Shown here piece after piece: positions 54,301 through 64,000 of a stretch of DNA of 64,000 bases. The stretch is taken from NCBI GenBank assembly GCA_964057225.1, contig OZ059897.1, positions 18,166,001 to 18,230,000 on the forward strand, in the 5' to 3' direction. A program made the position numbers and the translations under genes. Below the pieces are notes generated by a model that was not told the DNA's origin, did no database searches, and saw only the letters and a list, made by a program, of their open reading frames with translations. The first letter of the stretch is position 1, and every line of letters starts with the position of its first letter. The DNA comes from Auanema rhodensis (lineage: Eukaryota > Animalia > Nematoda).

Positions 54301-57300
54301 ATTAATTCTTCAGGGTGAAAATCGAAGATATAAGTGTGAACTTATATCAGTTGATATCTCGGTGCATTTTTAAGCTAGCGCAAATCTGATAACACAGATC
54401 GACGCAGCTTAAAAATCCGCATCGAATGCACTATACTACATTGAGAAACGCTCAATACAAAAATTAGTTATAATCGTTTGAAAAATGATGCATTAGTGTA
54501 TGTTGAGTTTCCATGTACACTCAACATTGCTTCCAAAAACATTTTGACAAAAATTTTTTCGAAAAATTTCAAAATAATTTAGCAAAAAGTAGATGTTTTT
54601 AGATTCCATTTTTCAAGGCAAAGACGATGGACAATGTTATTCAACGAAAAAATTAATTCTTCAGGGTGAAAATCGAAGATATAAGTGTGAACTTATATCA
54701 GTTGATATCTCGGTGCATTTTTAAGCTAGCGCAAATCTGATAACACAGATCGACGCAGCTTAAAAATCCGCATCGAATGCACTATACTACATTGAGAAAC
54801 GCTTAATACAAAAATTAGTTATAATCGTTTGAAAAATGATGCATTAGTGTATGTTGAGTTTCCATGTACACTCAACATTGCTTCCAAAAACATTTTGACA
54901 AAAATTTTTTCGAAAAATTTCAAAATAATTTAGCAAAAAGTAGATGTTTTTAGATTCCATTTTTCAAGGCAAAGACGATGGACAATGTTATTCAACGAAA
55001 AAATTAATTCTTCAGGGTGAAAATCGAAGATATAAGTGTGAACTTATATCAGTTGATATCTCGGTGCATTTTTAAGCTAGCGCAAATCTGATAACACAGA
55101 TCGACGCAGCTTAAAAATCCGCATCGAATGCACTATACTACATTGAGAAACGCTTAATACAAAAATTAGTTATAATCGTTTGAAAAATGATGCATTAGTG
55201 TATGTTGAGTTTCCATGTACACTCAACATTGCTTCCAAAAACATTTTGACAAAAATTTTTTCGAAAAATTTCAAAATAATTTAGCAAAAAGTAGATGTTT
55301 TTAGATTCCATTTTTCAAGGCAAAGACGATGGACAATGTTATTCAACGAAAAAATTAATTCTTCAGGGTGAAAATCGAGGATATAAGTGTGAACTTATAT
55401 CAGTTGATATCTCGGTGCATTTTTAAGCTAGCGCAAATCTGATAACACAGATCGACGCAGCTTAAAAATCCGCATCGAATGCACTATACTACATTGAGAA
55501 ACGCTTAATACAAAAATTAGTTATAATCGTTTGAAAAATGATGCATTAGTGTATGTTGAGTTTCCATGTACACTCAACATTGCTTCCAAAAACATTTTGA
55601 CAAAAATTTTTTCGAAAAATTTCAAAATAATTTAGCAAAAAGTAGATGTTTTTAGATTCCATTTTTCAAGGCAAAGACGATGGACAATGTTATTCAACGA
55701 AAAAATTAATTCTTCAGGGTGAAAATCGAGGATATAAGTGTGAACTTATATCAGTTGATATCTCGGTGCATTTTTAAGCTAGCGCAAATCTGATAACACA
55801 GATCGACGCAGCTTAAAAATCCGCATCGAATGCACTATACTACATTGAGAAACGCTTAATACAAAAATTAGTTATAATCGTTTGAAAAATGATGCATTAG
55901 TGTATGTTGAGTTTCCATGTACACTCAACATTGCTTCCAAAAACATTTTGACAAAAATTTTTTCGAAAAATTTCAAAATAATTTAGCAAAAAGTAGATGT
56001 TTTTAGATTCCATTTTTCAAGGCAAAGACGATGGACAATGTTATTCAACGAAAAAATTAATTCTTCAGGGTGAAAATCGAAGATATAAGTGTGAACTTAT
56101 ATCAGTTGATATCTCGGTGCATTTTTAAGCTAGCGCAAATCTGATAACACAGATCGACGCAGCTTAAAAATCCGCATCGAATGCACTATACTACATTGAG
56201 AAACGCTCAATACAAAAATTAGTTATAATCGTTTGAAAAATGATGCATTAGTGTATGTTGAGTTTCCATGTACACTCAACATTGCTTCCAAAAACATTTT
56301 GACAAAAATTTTTTCGAAAAATTTCAAAATAATTTAGCAAAAAGTAGATGTTTTTAGATTCCATTTTTCAAGGCAAAGACGATGGACAATGTTATTCAAC
56401 GAAAAAATTAATTCTTCAGGGTGAAAATCGAAGATATAAGTGTGAACTTATATCAGTTGATATCTCGGTGCATTTTTAAGCTAGCGCAAATCTGATAACA
56501 CAGATCGACGCAGCTTAAAAATCCGCATCGAATGCACTATACTACATTGAGAAACGCTTAATACAAAAATTAGTTATAATCGTTTGAAAAATGATGCATT
56601 AGTGTATGTTGAGTTTCCATGTACACTCAACATTGCTTCCAAAAACATTTTGACAAAAATTTTTTCGAAAAATTTCAAAATAATTTAGCAAAAAGTAGAT
56701 GTTTTTAGATTCCATTTTTCAAGGCAAAGACGATGGACAATGTTATTTAACGAAAAAATTAATTCTTCAGGGTGAAAATCGAGGATATAAGTGTGAACTT
56801 ATATCAGTTGATATCTCGGTGCATTTTTAAGCTAGCGCAAATCTGATAACACAGATCGACGCAGCTTAAAAATCCGCATCGAATGCACTATACTACATTG
56901 AGAAACGCTTAATACATAAATTAGTTATGATCGTTTGAAAAATGATGCATTAGTGTATGTTGAGTTTCCATGTACACTCAACATTGCTTCCAAAAACATT
57001 TTGACAAAAATTTTTTCGAAAAATTTCAAAATAATTTAGCAAAAAGTAGATGTTTTTAGATTCCATTTTTCAAGGCAAAGACGATGGACAATGTTATTCA
57101 ACGAAAAAATTAATTCTTCAGGGTGAAAATCGAGGATATAAGTGTGAACTTATATCAGTTGATATCTCGGTGCATTTTTAAGCTAGCGCAAATCTGATAA
57201 CACAGATCGACGCAGCTTAAAAATCCGCATCGAATGCACTATACTACATTGAGAAACGCTTAATACATAAATTAGTTATGATCGTTTGAAAAATGATGCA

Positions 57301-60300
57301 TTAGTGTATGTTGAGTTTCCATGTACACTCAACATTGCTTCCAAAAACATTTTGACAAAAATTTTTTCGAAAAATTTCAAAATAATTTAGCAAAAAGTAG
57401 ATGTTTTTAGATTCCATTTTTCAAGGCAAAGACGATGGACAATGTTATTCAACGAAAAAATTAATTCTTCAGGGTGAAAATCGAAGATATAAGTGTGAAC
57501 TTATATCAGTTGATATCTCGGTGCATTTTTAAGCTAGCGCAAATCTGATAACACAGATCGACGCAGCTTAAAAATCCGCATCGAATGCACTATACTACAT
57601 TGAGAAACGCTTAATACAAAAATTAGTTATAATCGTGTGAAAAATGATGCATTAGTGTATGTTGAGTTTCCATGTACACTCAACATTGCTTCCAAAAACA
57701 TTTTGACAAAAATTTTTTCGAAAAATTTCAAAATAATTTAGCAAAAAGTAGATGTTTTTAGATTCCATTTTTCAAGGCAAAGACGATGGACAATGTTATT
57801 CAACGAAAAAATTAATTCTTCAGGGTGAAAATCGAGGATATAAGTGTGAACTTATATCAGTTGATATCTCGGTGCATTTTTAAGCTAGCGCAAATCTGAT
57901 AACACAGATCGACGCAGCTTAAAAATCCGCATCGAATGCACTATACTACATTGAGAAACGCTTAATACAAAAATTAGTTATAATCGTTTGAAAAATGATG
58001 CATTAGTGTATGTTGAGTTTCCATGTACACTCAACATTGCTTCCAAAAACATTTTGACAAAAATTTTTTCGAAAAATTTCAAAATAATTTAGCAAAAAGT
58101 AGATGTTTTTAGATTCCATTTTTCAAGGCAAAGACGATGGACAATGTTATTCAACGAAAAAATTAATTCTTCAGGGTGAAAATCGAGGATATAAGTGTGA
58201 ACTTATATCAGTTGATATCTCGGTGCATTTTTAAGCTAGCGCAAATCTGATAACACAGATCGACGCAGCTTAAAAATCCGCATCGAATGCACTATACTAC
58301 ATTGAGAAACGCTTAATACAAAAATTAATTATAATCGTTTGAAAAATGATGCATTAGTGTATGTTGAGTTTCCATGTACACTCAACATTGCTTCCAAAAA
58401 CATTTTGACAAAAATTTTTTCGAAAAATTTCAAAATAATTTAGCAAAAAGTAGATGTTTTTAGATTCCATTTTTCAAGGCAAAGACGATGGACAATGTTA
58501 TTCAACGAAAAAATTAATTCTTCAGGGTGAAAATCGAAGATATAAGTGTGAACTTATATCAGTTGATATCTCGGTGCATTTTTAAGCTAGCGCAAATCTG
58601 ATAACACAGATCGACGCAGCTTAAAAATCCGCATCGAATGCACTATACTACATTGAGAAACGCTTAATACAAAAATTAGTTATAATCGTGTGAAAAATGA
58701 TGCATTAGTGTATGTTGAGTTTCCATGTACACTCAACATTGCTTCCAAAAACATTTTGACAAAAATTTTTTCGAAAAATTTCAAAATAATTTAGCAAAAA
58801 GTAGATGTTTTTAGATTCCATTTTTCAAGGCAAAGACGATGGACAATGTTATTCAACGAAAAAATTAATTCTTCAGGGTGAAAATCGAGGATATAAGTGT
58901 GAACTTATATCAGTTGATATCTCGGTGCATTTTTAAGCTAGCGCAAATCTGATAACACAGATCGACGCAGCTTAAAAATCCGCATCGAATGCACTATACT
59001 ACATTGAGAAACGCTTAATACAAAAATTAGTTATAATCGTTTGAAAAATGATGCATTAGTGTATGTTGAGTTTCCATGTACACTCAACATTGCTTCCAAA
59101 AACATTTTGACAAAAATTTTTTCGAAAAATTTCAAAATAATTTAGCAAAAAGTAGATGTTTTTAGATTCCATTTTTCAAGGCAAAGACGATGGACAATGT
59201 TATTCAACGAAAAAATTAATTCTTCAGGGTGAAAATCGAGGATATAAGTGTGAACTTATATCAGTTGATATCTCGGTGCATTTTTAAGCTAGCGCAAATC
59301 TGATAACACAGATCGACGCAGCTTAAAAATCCGCATCGAATGCACTATACTACATTGAGAAACGCTTAATACAAAAATTAGTTATAATCGTTTGAAAAAT
59401 GATGCATTAGTGTATGTTGAGTTTCCATGTACACTCAACATTGCTTCCAAAAACATTTTGACAAAAATTTTTTCGAAAAATTTCAAAATAATTTAGCAAA
59501 AAGTAGATGTTTTTAGATTCCATTTTTCAAGGCAAAGACGATGGACAATGTTATTCAACGAAAAAATTAATTCTTCAGGGTGAAAATCGAAGATATAAGT
59601 GTGAACTTATATCAGTTGATATCTCGGTGCATTTTTAAGCTAGCGCAAATCTGATAACACAGATCGACGCAGCTTAAAAATCCGCATCGAATGCACTATA
59701 CTACATTGAGAAACGCTCAATACAAAAATTAGTTATAATCGTTTGAAAAATGATGCATTAGTGTATGTTGAGTTTCCATGTACACTCAACATTGCTTCCA
59801 AAAACATTTTGACAAAAATTTTTTCGAAAAATTTCAAAATAATTTAGCAAAAAGTAGATGTTTTTAGATTCCATTTTTCAAGGCAAAGACGATGGACAAT
59901 GTTATTCAACGAAAAAATTAATTCTTCAGGGTGAAAATCGAAGATATAAGTGTGAACTTATATCAGTTGATATCTCGGTGCATTTTTAAGCTAGCGCAAA
60001 TCTGATAACACAGATCGACGCAGCTTAAAAATCCGCATCGAATGCACTATACTACATTGAGAAACGCTTAATACAAAAATTAGTTATGATCGTTTGAAAA
60101 ATGATGCATTAGTGTATGTTGAGTTTCCATGTACACTCAACATTGCTTCCAAAAACATTTTGACAAAAATTTTTTCGAAAAATTTCAAAATAATTTAGCA
60201 AAAAGTAGATGTTTTTAGATTCCATTTTTCAAGGCAAAGACGATGGACAATGTTATTCAACGAAAAAATTAATTCTTCAGGGTGAAAATCGAGGATATAA

Positions 60301-61549
60301 GTGTGAACTTATATCAGTTGATATCTCGGTGCATTTTTAAGCTAGCGCAAATCTGATAACACAGATCGACGCAGCTTAAAAATCCGCATCGAATGCACTA
60401 TACTACATTGAGAAACGCTTAATACATAAATTAGTTATGATCGTTTGAAAAATGATGCATTAGTGTATGTTGAGTTTCCATGTACACTCAACATTGCTTC
60501 CAAAAACATTTTGACAAAAATTTTTTCGAAAAATTTCAAAATAATTTAGCAAAAAGTAGATGTTTTTAGATTCCATTTTTCAAGGCAAAGACGATGGACA
60601 ATGTTATTCAACGAAAAAATTAATTCTTCAGGGTGAAAATCGAGGATATAAGTGTGAACTTATATCAGTTGATATCTCGGTGCATTTTTAAGCTAGCGCA
60701 AATCTGATAACACAGATCGACGCAGCTTAAAAATCCGCATCGAATGCACTATACTACATTGAGAAACGCTTAATACATAAATTAGTTATGATCGTTTGAA
60801 AAATGATGCATTAGTGTATGTTGAGTTTCCATGTACACTCAACATTGCTTCCAAAAACATTTTGACAAAAATTTTTTCGAAAAATTTCAAAATAATTTAG
60901 CAAAAAGTAGATGTTTTTAGATTCCATTTTTCAAGGCAAAGACGATGGACAATGTTATTCAACGAAAAAATTAATTCTTCAGGGTGAAAATCGAAGATAT
61001 AAGTGTGAACTTATATCAGTTGATATCTCGGTGCATTTTTAAGCTAGCGCAAATCTGATAACACAGATCGACGCAGCTTAAAAATCCGCATCGAATGCAC
61101 TATACTACATTGAGAAACGCTCAATACAAAAATTAGTTATAATCGTTTGAAAAATGATGCATTAGTGTATGTTGAGTTTCCATGTACACTCAACATTGCT
61201 TCCAAAAACATTTTGACAAAAATTTTTTCGAAAAATTTCAAAATAATTTAGCAAAAAGTAGATGTTTTTAGATTCCATTTTTCAAGGCAAAGACGATGGA
61301 CAATGTTATTCAACGAAAAAATTAATTCTTCAGGGTGAAAATCGAAGATATAAGTGTGAACTTATATCAGTTGATATCTCGGTGCATTTTTAAGCTAGCG
61401 CAAATCTGATAACACAGATCGACGCAGCTTAAAAATCCGCATCGAATGCACTATACTACATTGAGAAACGCTTAATACAAAAATTAGTTATGATCGTTTG
61501 AAAAATGATGCATTTGTGTATGTTGAGTTTCCATGTACACTCAACATTG

Positions 61550-63655
61550 CTTCCAAAAACATTTTGACAAAAATTTTTTCGAAAAATTTCAAAATAATTT
61601 AGCAAAAAGTAGATGTTTTTAGATTTCTTTTTTCAAGGCAAAGACGATGGACAATGTTATTCAACGAAAAAATCATTTCTTCAGGGTGAAAATCGAGGAT
61701 ATAAGTGTGAACTTATATCAGTTGATATCTGGGTGCATTTTTAAGCTAGCGCAAATCTGATAACACAGATCGACGCAGCTTAAAAATCCGCATCGAATGC
61801 ACTATACTACATTGAGAAACGCTTGATACAAAAATTAGTTATGATCGTTTGAAAAATGATGCATTAGTGTATGTTGAGTTTCCATGTACACTCAACATTG
61901 CTTCCAAAAACATTTTGACAAAAATTTTTTCGAAAAATTTCAAAATAATTTAGCAAAAAGTAGATGTTTTTAGATTCCATTTTTCAAGGCAAAGACGATA
62001 GACAATGTTATTCAACGAAAAAATTAATTCTTCAGGGTGAAAATCGAGGATATAAGTGTGAACTTATATCAGTTGATATCTCGGTGCATTTTTAAGCTAG
62101 CGCAAATCTGATAACACAGATCGACGCAGCTTAAAAATCCGCATCGAATGCACTATACTACATTAAGAAACGCTTGATACAAAAATTAGTTATGATCGTT
62201 TGAAAAATGATGCATTAGTGTATGTTGAGTTTCCATGTACACTCAACATTGCTTCCAAAAACATTTTGACAAAAATTTTTTCGAAAAATTTCAAAATAAT
62301 TTAGCAAAAAGTAGATGTTTTTAGATTTCTTTTTTCAAGGCAAAGACGATGGACAATGTTATTCAACGAAAAAATCATTTCTTCAGGGTGAAAATCGAGG
62401 ATATAAGTGTGAACTTATATCAGTTGATATCTGGGTGCATTTTTAAGCTAGCGCAAATCTGATAACACAGATCGACGCAGCTTAAAAATCCGCATCGAAT
62501 GCACTATACTACATTGAGAAACGCTTGATACAAAAATTAGTTATGATCGTTTGAAAAATGATGCATTAGTGTATGTTGAGTTTCCATGTACACTCAACAT
62601 TGCTTCCAAAAACATTTTGACAAAAATTTTTTCGAAAAATTTCAAAATAATTTAGCAAAAAGTAGATGTTTTTAGATTCCATTTTTCAAGGCAAAGACGA
62701 TAGACAATGTTATTCAACGAAAAAATTAATTCTTCAGGGTGAAAATCGAGGATATAAGTGTGAACTTATATCAGTTGATATCTCGGTGCATTTTTAAGCT
62801 AGCGCAAATCTGATAACACAGATCGACGCAGCTTAAAAATCCGCATCGAATGCACTATACTACATTAAGAAACGCTTGATACAAAAATTAGTTATGATCG
62901 TTTGAAAAATGATGCATTAGTGTATGTTGAGTTTCCATGTACACTCAACATTGCTTCCAAAAACATTTTGACAAAAATTTTTTCGAAAAATTTCAAAATA
63001 ATTTAGCAAAAAGTAGATGTTTTTAGATTTCTTTTTTCAAGGCAAAGACGATGGACAATGTTATTCAACGAAAAAATCATTTCTTCAGGGTGAAAATCGA
63101 GGATATAAGTGTGAACTTATATCAGTTGATATCTGGGTGCATTTTTAAGCTAGCGCAAATCTGATAACACAGATCGACGCAGCTTAAAAATCCGCATCGA
63201 ATGCACTATACTACATTGAGAAACGCTTGATACAAAAATTAGTTATGATCGTTTGAAAAATGATGCATTAGTGTATGTTGAGTTTCCATGTACACTCAAC
63301 ATTGCTTCCAAAAACATTTTGACAAAAATTTTTTCGAAAAATTTCAAAATAATTTAGCAAAAAGTAGATGTTTTTAGATTCCATTTTTCAAGGCAAAGAC
63401 GATAGACAATGTTATTCAACGAAAAAATTAATTCTTCAGGGTGAAAATCGAGGATATAAGTGTGAACTTATATCAGTTGATATCTCGGTGCATTTTTAAG
63501 CTAGCGCAAATCTGATAACACAGATCGACGCAGCTTAAAAATCCGCATCGAATGCACTATACTACATTAAGAAACGCTTGATACAAAAATTAGTTATGAT
63601 CGTTTGAAAAATGATGCATTAGTGTATGTTGAGTTTCCATGTACAATCAACATTG
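61550..63655. repeat. 2-monomer (702 bp) higher-order repeat, 3 copies
   Basis: AATCATTTCT/CTGGGTGC monomer (~61671, 62373, 63075) alternates with a GATAGAC/CATTAAGAAACGCTTGAT monomer. Confidence 0.92.
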
Positions 63656-64000
63656 CTTCCAAAAACATTTTGACAAAAATTTTTTCGAAAAATTTCAAAA
63701 TAATTTAGCAAAAAGTAGATGTTTTTAGATTCCATTTTTCAAGGCAAAGACGATGGACAATGTTATTCAACGAAAAAATTAATTCTTCAGGGTGAAAATC
63801 GAGGATATAAGTGTGAACCTATATCAGTTGATATCTCGGTGCATTTTTAAGCTAGCGCAAATCTGATAACACAGATCGACGCAGCTTAAAAATCCGCATC
63901 GAATGCACTATACTACATTGAGAAACGCTCAATACAAAAATTAGTTATAATCGTTTGAAAAATGATGCATTAGTGTATGTTGAGTTTCCATGTACACTCA

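Larger units (their letters stand above)
1..64000. repeat. Tandem satellite DNA array, 351-bp monomer, 182 copies head-to-tail, running off both window ends
   Basis: Monomer start CTTCCAAAAACATTTTGAC recurs at 1, 352, 703, 1054, 1404, 1754, then every 351 bp to 35099; at 35513 +351n to 38321; and at 38735 +351n to 63656. Phase was spot-checked at 4211, 35099, 35513, 38321, 38735 and 63656. I saw no inversion or foreign insertion. Confidence 0.99.

Noticed and set aside
1-64000. CRISPR array or tandem rRNA/tRNA/snRNA gene cluster
   Set aside because: There are no unique spacers, and I could recognise no 5S, tRNA, snRNA or spliced-leader sequence in the unit.

Overview
The whole 64 kb window is one uninterrupted, head-to-tail satellite DNA array with no genes, RNA genes or inserted mobile elements. 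It holds 182 copies (181 complete plus 345 bp) of an AT-rich 351-bp monomer; monomer 1 is 111/351 = 31.6% GC by hand count, and copies differ at only a few positions each. Only four monomers deviate in length: two 350-bp copies (starting 1054 and 1404) and two 414-bp copies carrying an internal 63-bp tandem duplication (starting 35099 and 38321). Shared rare variants reveal short-lived higher-order duplications of 2, 3, 5, 9 and 10 monomers (some nested) and a haplotype switch near 33 kb. The monomer is almost completely tiled by inverted repeats: a 67-nt hairpin, a 9-bp stem with a GTGA loop, a second 9-bp stem, an A/T-tract dyad, and a 15-bp long-range inverted repeat that spans the monomer junction. 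Variant sites concentrate in the one long unpaired linker. This looks like eukaryotic (peri)centromeric or heterochromatic satellite from a host with little CpG methylation. I cannot assign the species or satellite family from sequence alone. The three listed ORFs are judged spurious.
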